This document shows, piece after piece, positions 39,668 to 55,185 of a stretch of 64,000 nt of DNA. A model generated the notes under the pieces. It was not told the DNA's origin. It did not search any database and saw nothing but the letters and a program-made list of their open reading frames with translations. The stretch comes from the human T2T-CHM13v2.0 reference genome, Homo sapiens. Positions within the stretch are counted from its first letter, which is position 1. Each line of letters begins with the position of its first letter. The DNA lies in the NCBI RefSeq assembly GCF_009914755.1, contig NC_060942.1; one strand, given 5' to 3'. Both the position numbers and the translations under genes were made by a program.

Positions 39668-40151
39668 TGTTATAAATAAAGTTTCGGTGCTGCAAAAGAA
39701 CTAGTACTCGAATATAAAATTTTCTTTTTAATTCTCAGCAAGGCAAGGTACTTCTACAGAAGGGTACACCCTTACAGATGGAGCAATGGTGAGCACACAC
39801 TTGGACAAGGGAGGGGAAGGGGTTCTTATCCCTGACGCATGTGGCCCCTATTGGCAAGGGTTAGACCGCACAGGCTAAACTAATTCTGATTGGCTAATTG
39901 AAAGAGAGTGACGGGGTGAGTGGTTTGGTGGGAAAAATGGTTATGACAGAGCAGGTAATCGGAATGAGTCAGGGTGGAGTAGGTAATTGGAATGAGTCAG
40001 GGCAGAGGAGGTAATCAGAATGGGTCAGGGTGGAGTAGGTAATCGAAAAAGGTTGCTTTACAAGGAAGTTAAGTTTAAAAGTAGAAGGCAAAGAATTGAA
40101 CATACTGACATATTGATTCTTTGAAAAGAAATTTAGAACTCATAACTAACA
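39668..40151 (-). mobile_element. 5' LTR (LTR10, probably LTR10F), 484 bp
   Basis: Homologous to 33869-34455; has 3 rather than 6 repeat units (39951-40044) and lacks an 18-bp segment. Confidence 0.9.
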
Positions 40152-40204
40152 ATTGATTTTAAAATGTGCAAAGGGCATGATATTTGGAAGGGGCCGGGGC
40201 AGGG

Positions 40205-40570
40205 TGATATGGTTTGTCTCTGTGTCCCCACCCAAATCTCATTTCAAACTGTAATTCCCACCTGTGATAGAGGAACCTGGTGGGAGGTGATTGGCTCATG
40301 GGGGCAGTTTTCCCCAGGCTCTTCTCATGATTATGAGTGAGTTCTCATGAGATATGGCTGCTTATAAGTGTCTTGTGCTTCCCCTTTCTCTCTCTCTCCT
40401 GACGCCATAAGGGTAAGATGTGCCTTGCTTCACCTTAACCTTCCACCATGACTATAAGTTTCCTGAGGCTTCTTCAGCCATGCAGAACCGTGAGTCAATT
40501 AAACCTCTTTTCTTTATATATTACTCAGTCTTAGGTATTATTTATAGCAGTATGAAAATGGATGAATACA
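40205..40570 (+). mobile_element. THE1D-like 3' LTR
   Basis: TGATATGGTTTGTCTCTGTGTCCCCACCCAAATCTC...GAATACA, followed by TSD GTGGG at 40571-40575. Confidence 0.94.
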
Positions 40571-42419
40571 GTGGGGCTTTTGTTTGAATTTTTTTGTGTT
40601 TACTTTTCTAGGTACTGACTTAAAGAAAGGTGAACAAAGTTCACTGGAATTTCTGTAGAAGCAGATAGGTGTGAGAATAAATTCAGCAAAGTATATCCTA
40701 TTATAGCTCTCAGAAATCATTCTGAAAAGGTGATAAATATATGATTATTTTAGGATAATTATGTTTGAAGATAAAATGAAGCGGCACTTTCTCAGTAGGA
40801 TGTTCTACTTACTTGATTTTTAAGATTCCTAGATTTCAAACAGTTAAATCTATTCTGGAAGCTCATCTGGAGCAGAACTGGCATGGATTATGAATCTAAT
40901 GAATATCAATATTTGGTTACTATTTTTCTGAGTTCTGAAAAATGATGCTCAGTGTGTAATTATCATACAGATTATTGTCAACAGAAGAAATATTCAGAGA
41001 ACTAAGTGAAACTCTTTATTATAAGCCAAATTTAAAATAAGCCCTTAGCAGCCCTTGTTTGTATGAAAGGGCTCCTGTGCTGACCGTAAAAATACATCTT
41101 TCAGCTCTTCCAGCTCAAGAGGGCACAATTGACTGTCATTCCCACTTGCTGCACTGGGAAATTCACCACTGTCTTCCTCTGGAGGCCAAGCTTCCGATGA
41201 GCCATTCCCAGGCAGTGACTGAATTGGCAGTGACTGAATATAGCAAGGATACTAAGTCAGATTGGTTCCTGCAAAACATGCAATTCTCTGATGATCAATC
41301 TGGTCTCAAAGAACCCACCTACTTTGCTGCAACTTTCTTAGAACTAGAATATTCCCAGTTCACAGATGTTTCCCAAATAAATCTCTAGTCAAGTCTTGAT
41401 GTAAATACTTAGGGAACCTCAGCCAATGCATATCCCCACCCACTTATTCCACAATCCTCACTGAAATTAATAACAGTGATGAATAAACATATTGAACATT
41501 TGTAATAACCACTTTGGTAAGTGTAATTTAAGGAAGTGAAACAACAGAGAAAATTTAATGTGATAACAAACAAAATATCTTTAAGGGACAACAAAGAATT
41601 TCAACAAAAAAAAGGAGTTAAAATAGATAGTGCATATTCTCATGTAGCTGATCCCATGAAATTTTGTTTCTTCATAGAGAGCAATATATGTATCAGGAAG
41701 GCCCTGTTTCAAGTTCCTATTCATAGAACTATGTGCAAAAGATAATTTAGACAAAGTTTAGACTCAGAGCATAACACAGGAAGAATTGTGGTGTTAGGAT
41801 ACTCTTTAGATGAGTCTATGAATAACTTAACTGCTATCAAGACAACAAGACTGGGGAGCAACTAAAACTTTTTTTCCTTTTTTATCATTGATTTTATAGT
41901 CTAGAGTTCTATACTATAGTGATGTAAAAATCTCTGCAATAATATTATGAAAGTATTGCAGTTGCTGACATCGTACAAAAGTCCATCCATAAAAGCCTTA
42001 GATGTCAGTATCAAGCTATGCTATATGATTCTCACTTGTGAAATTCCTGATGATAATATACTTGGTTTTTTAAATTTCTATCCTTCATATACATAGACAC
42101 AGCACCCAATAAACCTGATTATTACCTGAACTTGTATGTATGCTCACCTTACTAGGGAGTTCCTTTGTTGCAGCAATACTGGTCTTTATTTCTTACCCAA
42201 TTAGCAAGGCAAAGAGATTGTTTCTGATTGCTGAAGTGGAATCTCGCTTACCATTGCTTGAAATCTGACTCAATATTAATTATCACCTCAGCATTGATAG
42301 AGTGCTGTTTTCCTTTCCTTTAGAAAAATCATTTGCTTTCATTCTGGCCAAAAAGGCAAGATTTACCTCATTTAATCCTTACTTAAAAGATTTAAAATTA
42401 CCAAACTTTATTTTCAAAA

Positions 42420-42670
42420 TGGCAGACTCTGTGCTAGGCATGTAGAGAGGTAAATCAGAGAACTTTTACAATGTTAAGATGATACGTGCATGTTTACTTA
42501 ATCTGCAAACACTGTGAGGTATCAACTATTGTGTTCTAATTGCAAATTACAAAGCTGAAGACCCGAATTTAAATATTTTTTCAAGATCACAAGGTTAGCA
42601 ATGTGAAAGAGAAAGTAATCCCTGGTCTTCAAATGACAAAGGCAGTAATTTTTCTACTATATCAACTTTC
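42420..42670 (-). mobile_element. MIR-like SINE fragment
   Basis: AATCTGCAAACACTGTGAGGTA...AAAGCTGAAGACC...CAAGATCACAAGGTTAGCAATG resembles a degenerate MIR core. Confidence 0.5.
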
Positions 42671-43053
42671 ATTTTGATATTTGTACAACATATCACAAAT
42701 AGTACAGATTGAATAACTTATGATGTTTACTTGGGTCACTATCATAATTAGGGCAATATTTTAAATAAAGAATAATAGAAAATTGGACTTGCAAAGCCTG
42801 GGTTCTGCTGCTTTTAATCAAGCATGTGAATTTGAATGACTATCTTGCAAAATTTCCAATCTCTGAGAGGCAATTTGGAGGTATCTTGAGGGAAATTAAC
42901 CATGTGTTTTCTTTATAGAAAAAGTTGTTTAAATCTGGTTTTAAAGTGCTTCACTTTTCTTTTTTCATTCAGCTGTCAAACATGTGTACCTGATTCAAAG
43001 AAAAGATGAGAGGTTGAAATAACAGATTATATTAGTACTTAATATGACTGTAA

Positions 43054-43406
<353 letters not shown>

Positions 43407-43819
43407 GTCAAGTTGGTTTTTTAAAGTATTTAATTCTATATAGACAGCTACAGCTGTCAAAAAATATTGGCACAGAAGATGTTTTCTTAAAAAATGTTAG
43501 GACATTGTCAGTTGATGAAGGCAAATGAATATCCTAGGTGATTGCAAATACAATTTTCTGTTTAGTGTCACAGTATCAGTTACATAATTCATCATTGCTA
43601 TGCAAATCAGACTGAATAAAGCAAGTGACATTATATATTCCTACTTACATCATTAGTGATAGAAAAGGAATTTGACATGTTTTTAATTCTGTATTAAGTT
43701 GACCATAAATTTTAACATGACAAGAGTTTATGGATCTGGATAAACTTCTTGAGTTTAATAAACTTCACATATTATTTTTTAATCCAAATTTCTTATACTG
43801 TTCATAAAAGACAGTATAA

Positions 43820-44150
<331 letters not shown>

Positions 44151-45079
44151 TCTACCCTGGTTCTAAATTAAGCAACTTTAAACCTTATTGCTTTGTCCCT
44201 ATTTCTTAAGATACTATTAAATTATTTCCTTGTATAATAAACTTTGACTAGCAAGAAGGAAATTACCTATAACTATAGGAATTATAACATTTGGCTTTTT
44301 AGCTTCTAAAATTTTCTTTTATGTCATTTAAATGGAATCAGCATTATATACAGATCCATAAAGTCAATCCTCCACATTGGAAAACATGAGAGATACTGAT
44401 AATATCTCATCTATTTGCCCTAATTTTTCTATTTGCTTCTTTCTGGTGCCAAAAGTTTTACCATTCTGGTTAATTTGTTTTATTAAGGGATGAAATTTCT
44501 ATTAAAATGATAATGTAAACTCTCAAATCTTTTCTTATTTAAACTTCAATATAAATGAATTTATGTGGATCATTGTGATTAACCACTATATTAAACAAAT
44601 TTTGACAAGAATGATGAGAAAATAGTACAGAGAATAGATTCATCAGGAATTGTGAAAATGAAGCCTTCTGTAAGAAAACCTGAAGCATATTATCTGCATT
44701 TAAAAAGTGGGTGACTTTAGATTTGAAAAATATGTAGGATTTCAGATGTCTCCTTATAGATGTTGGCAATCGATTTTGATGTCTCTGGCAAAAGAATCAG
44801 TGTTACTTTACAATATTATATGGTTTTGTATATTACTACCACTTTAGTATATGACTAAAGCAGTATCTATGACAGAAACAACAATATTTCTTCACTATCC
44901 CTACTCTTTTTTTCTTTTTAATAAGGGAACACCTAAAGATTTACCTAGACACAATGGTGCATACATAGAGACTTCATTTCTACCTCTCCAACGTTGCTAG
45001 CTATTGGCAGGTGACTAAATTTCAGTGCTGTGTGGGGCTTTGGGATCATCTCCTAAGTGATGGAACTTAGTCTTATGTT

Positions 45080-45600
45080 TGAAAGACTCATCAATATCTT
45101 TCATGTAGATGTAAATAATTATATTTTATTATGTGAATGGACCGCAATTCATTTAACTATTTTATGGTTTATAAAACAAAATGTGTTGTTTGTTGCTTGT
45201 ATGTACTATGAATAATCCTTCGGTTAACATTCTTGTACAGGTATCTAGGATCCATGCATTTCATTTATGTGGCATTCATACCTAAGAGTAAAAATTCTGG
45301 GTAATATAGTATCCATATGTTTGGCATTAATAGATTTTACTAAAATGTTGCTTAGTGAAAGTGCCAATTTTCTCACACATCAAAAATATATGAGAATATC
45401 ATCTGCTTCAAAATCTGACACTTTGTATCAACAGATTTTTTTAGACTTTTTAGATTTTTTTACTCTACCATTTGGCTATTTGTGATATCTCATTTTGTGT
45501 TAATTTGCATTTTCTTGGTGGTTATAATTATCTTCTTTTGTCAAGTGCCTGTTTAAGGCTTTGCTTATTTTGCATACTTGGTTGCCTTTCGTTTCCAATT
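45080..45600 (-). mobile_element. L1ME-like 3' fragment
   Basis: ATACCTAAGAGTAAAATTCTGGGTAATATAGTA...ATCTCATTTTGTGTTAATTTGCATTTTCTT is antisense L1 3' region. Confidence 0.7.
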
Positions 45601-45639
45601 CAAAATCAGGAAAATGTGCAGAAATGTACTACTAAGTAA

Positions 45640-47440
45640 ACTATTAGAAAAGAAATTTCAAGAATGTATAAAATACACAAAATGCCATTTACTTCATTAC
45701 AGGACAATAATGTTCATTCAAATCAGGAAAATGACATAGTACCAATCAAGTATTTTAATAATGAAAAAAAGTTTTCTTCGAAGTCCAATAGCTAATCATG
45801 ATAAAATTGTTAGAAACCTATACATAAAGAGAATTTCTATAAACAAAGATGTATTTTCTTTTATTTAGGAAGAAGAAAAAAAGTCTGCTAATATACTTGA
45901 ATTCAATACTGTACTAGACTCTTTAAATGGCATAATAATATAAGAAAAGTATATACATATTGGAAAATATTTTTAAAGCAACTATTAAGATAATAGTATT
46001 CTCTATTTTTAAATTCTATAACAATATTTATATTAATAAGTAGTTTATAAGCAGTGTGCTATTCCAATCTTTGTTATATTTCTGTAAAGAATGAATACAT
46101 AATTTCAGATACCATTTATACTACTAATAAATAATAACTGCAAATAAAATGTAGCAAAATATTTTAAGACTTTTGTCTTTGTATAGAAATCCTTATATAT
46201 AACATTAAAAATATATATTCACTAAATATATATTAATCATACTTAATATTTTATGAGTAAATTCTCCCAAATTGATCTATATATTTAATTCATCTGCAAT
46301 AAAAATCCCATTAGAGTTTTATTAATAACTTGATGTAAGAACAAAAAAACTCAAGAGCAAATAGCCAAGACACTCCTAAAGAAGAATAATATTCTGGAAT
46401 TATCTTTTTAATTATTAAGAACTTTTAGAAAAGTATAGTCATTAATTTGTGAGTTTTCAGCAGCAGAACAGAGAAAGAGACCGATGGAGGAGCATAAAGA
46501 GCCCAGAACAAACTTATGCATGGGAACTTGCTATTTTACAGAAATTGCATTATGAATCACTAGGGGGAAGCAAGCTCATCAGTAAATGATGCTGAGACAA
46601 ATTGCTACCCAAGTGAAAAAATACATACGTATATTTTATAATGGATTCATATCTCACAGCTACACATAATCCATTCCAAATGAGAGAATTCAAATTTTAA
46701 AAAGAGTTTCGAAAGCAGAAGTCAACATAGATGTATGTGTTTATAACCTTTATTAGGAATGTGTTTCCTAAACAAGCTACAATGGCACCAACTCTAAATG
46801 AAAAGGCCAATACATATGAATCCCTCTTATTCACAAGACATTATAAAGAAAGTATAATTCACAAGTTGGGAGAATATATGTGCAACATATACAATTGATA
46901 AAGAATTATAGAGTAGGAAGGTGATAATAATAAAACAAAGCAACAGAAAACAATGTGTTTCAGCCAGCAATAGAATAGAAAGTAAGTGATTTTGATTGGT
47001 ACAATGTAATTTTGTATAGCATTGAGAGTCAATAAATGAACTACATATATGCACACCAGAATGGGTGAAACTGAAAAACAAGAATATTGAGCCAACAAAG
47101 CTAATCACAAACAATGCTTGCAACATAATTCTATTTATAATATGTAATCTTTAAAAATCAAAACTAAAACAATATCTTTAGTTATACACCCAAATGTTAA
47201 AATCTCTTTTTGAAAAATTAAAGAATGAGTAACAGAAAACAACAAAATATGTGTTTTCTTCTAGGGAAAGAAGGAATATGGCATCTACAACGAGTACACA
47301 AAAGTCTCTAAAGTGTAAAAAATGTTCCATTTCTTAAGTGATATATCAGTGTCATGGGTGTTCATTTTATTATTTTTTGTACCTGTATTATTCACGATGA
47401 AAAAATGTAAAATTACAATAAAATTAATAAAATAAAACAA
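45640..47440 (+). mobile_element. L1ME-like ORF2 and 3' fragments
   Basis: TTCTCCCAAATTGATCTATATATTTAAT, AATAGCCAAGACACTCCTAAAGAAGAA and a degenerate L1ME 3' UTR. Confidence 0.7.
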
Positions 47441-47447
47441 GATAATT

Positions 47448-47715
47448 TGGAAATGATAACAGAGAAGACTATGCTTCAAACTGATATGCTGATTGAAATT
47501 AGACTAGTTTCCAAATTTTATTTAGTATATTTATACTAAATAAATATATTTATTTATTTAGTATATTTATATTATATTATTTAGTATATTTATTTATTTA
47601 GTATATTTATACTAAATATATATTATTTAGTATGGAAATAATAAGAGAAGACTATGCTTCAAACTGATATGCTGATTGAAATTAGACTAGTTTCCAAATT
47701 TTATTTAGTATATTT
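47448..47715. repeat. About 85-bp direct duplication separated by about 100 bp of AT-rich templated filler
   Basis: GAGAAGACTATGCTTCAAACTGATATGCTGATTGAAATTAGACTAGTTTCCAAATTTTATTTAGTATATTT occurs at 47462 and 47645. Confidence 0.95.
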
Positions 47716-48222
47716 CAAAAATTTGTTGCATACAACTCCTTTTAACACTAAATTACATTAGAATTAATTATACCAGTAATGTTTTTCTTTACTAATAACA
47801 GCATTTGTCAAAATGTATCCACATCAACAAAGGTTACCCTACACATACTGAGATTTCCTTAACATTATTTGGATACTTTGTATCCAATAAATATGTTGCT
47901 CAGGGACATTTCCTAATGATTGATAAAACATTTGCTAAATATTAGCTGATTAGTAGGAAAAAGTTGACTGTAATGGGAATGGACAAATTATATCAAACTA
48001 TAAAGTGTGCTCTGTCTTGCTCAATGTATTACTCTTTGTATGGTAGAACCACACTTATACTAGCCTAGAAGTCCTGTACCTGGGACATATGGGCTAGTAA
48101 ATGAAACTCTAATGGATCATCACAGCTGAGTATATATCCTCAAATTCTCAAGATTTTCTACCATGCTTTTCTCTTTGTTAATCCTTTGATTAATTATATC
48201 ATTTTGTGGTCAAATATATTCT

Positions 48223-48540
48223 TATTTCTTTTTTTTTCTTTTTTTTTTTTTTTTTTTTTGAGATGAGTCTTTCTCTGTTGCCCTGGCTGGAGTGCAGTGG
48301 TGCTATCTTGGCTCACAGCAACCTCTGCCTCCTGGGTTCAAGCAAGTCTCCTGCCTCAGCTTCCTGAGTCACTGGGACTACAGGCACCCGCCACCATGCT
48401 TGGCTAATTTTTGTATTTTTAGTAGAGGCAGGATTTTACCATGTTGGCCAGGCTGATCTTGAACTCCTGACCTCAGGTGATCTGCCCGCCTCGGCCTCCC
48501 AAAATGCTGAGATTACAGGCTTAAGACACTGCATCTGGCT
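48223..48540 (-). mobile_element. Alu SINE (AluSx-like)
   Basis: TSD GTGGT(C/A)AAATATATTCT at 48206-48222 and 48541-48557. Confidence 0.96.
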
Positions 48541-50599
48541 GTGGTAAAATATATTCTGACTGTAAGTAACCAGTCACGAAAAAAATTATTTCTCTAGTAA
48601 AGAGCATGAATGTAATAGTGAAACAGATTTGATGAACAATGGAATACATTTTACTTTAAGTATCATTGTATCTATTTAAAAGTAACATTAACTTAAAATA
48701 ATAAAAAATATTATTTTTTACATCATGAATAATATATTTAATAGTGACTATATCATAAATGTATAAAATTGAATGGCTCTATCAGAAACAATATCCTTGA
48801 TTAATTTATTCTGGATCACATATTACCACATCTAATAGTTTTCACTCATATTCTGGAACAAATGTACTTCAATATGATAAATGTTAATTAATTAGAAGTC
48901 TACTGAGAATGATTAAAGCAAAGTTGTCTTTATGTCAGGGAATTTAATTATTATAATGACTTTAATAATTCCTGGATCTGTGATCAATATAAAATGGCAC
49001 AAAGGAAGAAATCCAAATTTTTGTTTCCCCACACTGTATAACATCATCCAAGCCCACGAAGAAACACATTAAAAAATAATAAAGTAGTAAGACTCTGTGT
49101 CTTGTTAAAAACCAAAATAACTTAAATAGTAATCAAGAAACAGTGTTTCCCCTTTTCCAGCTAACTTGGTTTCAGGAAAATGCTAATCTGTATCAGTGTT
49201 GTGCATTCAGCTTTATTCCTTTTGTTCCTCCTTTCCAGCTCTAAATTTTGCCCTGCTATACATTTCTTTTTTAATAATTATTCTTTCTCTGACTGCTCTG
49301 CAACTCCTCTCTTCTTTCTTGCATTCATCTCTCTAGAGAAATGAATCCAACAGCCAGCTCTAAAAATGCCTAATGGCTAAAATACTTTTTGTATACCAAA
49401 TGGCTAAAATAGTTATATGGTTGAAGCATTTTAAATCCCATCTGTGGGACTGAATAGATTCATAGAATTGAAGTTTATGGAGACAAGATTTTATTTCTAG
49501 TTTTCTATGTAAATTTAAAGAAGTAAAGTCTGTAAACTAACAATAAGTTGATGGAGATACTTAACACTGAATTGGTATATGTTAAAATATATTCAAGGAT
49601 GAAAATCAGCAAACAACTATTTTTTTGAAATGATTTTTTTTCTCAATAGCTGACTAGTTTTGAAGGGAAAAAGTAATACTAAAGGCCAATTTGAGCTCAG
49701 GGATGGTTTCAATTGAGGTTAAAACTGAAAGTGTGAAAATAAGACATGCAAGATTTTTGTTATCTTCATTTGTGAATTTCATATTTCTGACTTTAAAATA
49801 TTTAATGCAGGAGAATTACATGACTTAGCATTTCTATAGTTGTCAGTTGGAAAGGAAGAATTATATTACTGGAATTCCTTGAACCTGCCTCTCTTTTAGT
49901 AAAGGTTAGTAAGAGCAATTCATAACCTAGTAATAAAAAATATATTTACTGTTTTACTATTGCTGAAGAAATATTATAACCCTGTTATTCATGTGGGTAT
50001 TTGCTATCTTGGCTCAGAATTCTCTATAAACTCAATTATCTATAAACTTAAATGAATAACAATGGTATATATCAATTTATGATTTAATACTTTGCTTATA
50101 TCAAGTAACTAAGTAATCTATTTTTTGCATCTTAATTAATACATCTTATAAATTGAAATCTGAAACACCCTGTATGTTTACATGTTAAAATACAAATGTA
50201 TTTTCACTCCTGACTTAAATATGCTACTACACAGAGCTCCTTGGAGAATGTAATGTGAACAAACTTCCGAAGTGTTTGTCTCATGTTCATCTTTCAACAA
50301 ATGACAACGTTGAACCTGACTTTGATAAGAAAATAAACATGACACTTGCAGGAAATTAATAGCATTGTCAGTGGGCAACTGAAGCTCCAGAACATGTATC
50401 TAAAAGATTTATCTGCTTCTTTTTAAATTCTGACTCTATTTTTAAGAGACAGGATAACAATTTAAAGATAATTATAAGGCAAACAATGTCGATATAAATA
50501 TTGAGAGTAATCTACTCAATAAAGTCTATAAACAAACACTGCACATTCCAAGTCTTTTAAAACTCTTTTCTTCTGGAAAAAATTCATAGAAAAAAATAA

Positions 50600-53180
<2,581 letters not shown>

Positions 53181-54309
53181 TTATAACAAGTCTAGAGGGT
53201 AATTTAGCAATCTGTATAAATGGTTTCAAATTATTTATGCCAAATCTAAAACACAATTTTAAGCAAATAATCACAAATTCATATTTGTGTAATTTATATA
53301 CATTAAGGGAATTTTTCTGATGTTTTTATAATATAAAAACTGGAAACATATCCCAATGTTAATATGAATAGAATGAACACATAAACTATCTGATATTCAT
53401 AAGAGGTATTACTTTGCAATTATTAAAATGTATGGTTTTAATGAGGACTTGACAAAATTCTCTGATATATTTAATGAATTATCAGAACACCAAACTTTAC
53501 AAAATCAGACCCAAATGAATATATATGTATATTCATAGGATTATACATATACACACAAACTTCGGTAAATTTTCACGTTTCTATGTTGCATATATGATAC
53601 TTTTATAATTTTACAATGTATCAATAGTGCTTTAATTTTATGGATTTCCAAAAATTATTGTATATAGATTACTCCATATTTAAAACTTTTTAGTAAATCT
53701 GGAATTTTTATATTTTCCTAAAGCAGACATACTCATCAATTTACTTAAAGACATATTGTATATTTACCCAAAATTTTCAAAAACACTAAGTATGCTGGAA
53801 ATTAGGTGAAGAAATTATCCATCACAGGCAATATCATTCACCTTAAACTCCCCTCCAAAAAACACACATTCCTAATTTTCATCAGGATGAGGTAAAAGTT
53901 ATTTTAAGGAAAACTGCCTTGAAAGTTAGTATCTAGAGATTTACATTTGTATTTTAGTATCTTAGTTTGGAGTTTTGATCTAAATTTATGTATTACATTC
54001 TCTTCTATAGAAGTATATGTCATAGTATGCCATATACGAATAACATTGTACAAGTTAAAAGTAATTTAAAAATTGTTTTTCAACATGAATATTATTTAAT
54101 AATTAACAATAGTTTATAATGTTCTACATATTTCAGCATGCTTTTACAAAATGTAATCCCTACCTCAATGAGGCCAGATATATGAAAATCTGAATTTTAG
54201 AGCACCAAAAGAAGACACTAATTATTTTGAAGAAGGTCTTTGGTGGAAATTCTACTGATGGTATCTGTTTATTTGTAGAAGATTATTAAGAAATGACAGA
54301 AACAAGTAG

Positions 54310-54645
<336 letters not shown>

Positions 54646-55045
54646 TAATCAAATATCAGTATATCATCTATAAAATTTTAATTATAGAGTTAATTTTTAA
54701 AAACATTTTATTTATAAAACAATTTGATAAAGATAATTTTAGTAATCTACTTATTGTATAAAGTAAAATCTTGGAGTGAATGTATGAACATAGAATCTAT
54801 GTATATTATATGTTAATCTAAAATGGTCATTCAACTCTGGTTTTGTCATTCTTCATGTTAGAATTGTTTGATATTTTGTGCTATAACATTCAGTTGAGCC
54901 TCTTCAATTTAATCTGTGAGAAGAACCATGGGTTAATGAATAAATTGAACAACATTTGCAAGTTAATCCATACTGCATGGGGATGCAGCTATTAGAGAAA
55001 CCATGGAAAGAACAGCTGGTTTGCTTATTGGAAATAAAATCTTAC

Positions 55046-55185
55046 TCATTGGGTTCATTCCAAAGATGCTAACCACATATTCCCCAGGTGCACTGGTGGT
55101 GGTTATTTCCTTTACAATCATTCTGAACTGTGGTTCTAATGGAACCATATGGGCAATATTTATTGCCCAAATTGGACAGTGCTCC
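55046..55185 (-). other. Candidate 140-nt internal exon (unidentified)
   Basis: Unique island with higher GC than its flanks; tatatag|GGAGCAC...CCAATGA|gtaaga; one frame open (EHCPIWAINIAHMVPLEPQFRMIVKEITTTSAPGEYVVSIFGMNPM). Polypyrimidine tract weak and protein not recognised. Confidence 0.25.

Larger units (their letters stand above)
33869..40151 (-). mobile_element. Two-LTR non-autonomous HERV-I-group provirus (LTR10, HERVIP10FH-like), 6.3 kb
   Basis: Direct-repeat LTRs TGTTATAA...CTAACA; 4-bp TSD GTTG/ATTG; PBS, PPT, integrase tail and env remnant present; no recognisable gag, pro or RT. Confidence 0.9.

Noticed and set aside
41059-41388. 109-aa ORF in a GC-richer patch
   Set aside because: No ATG start and no recognisable domain; the sequence looks like a very old LTR remnant that I cannot assign confidently.
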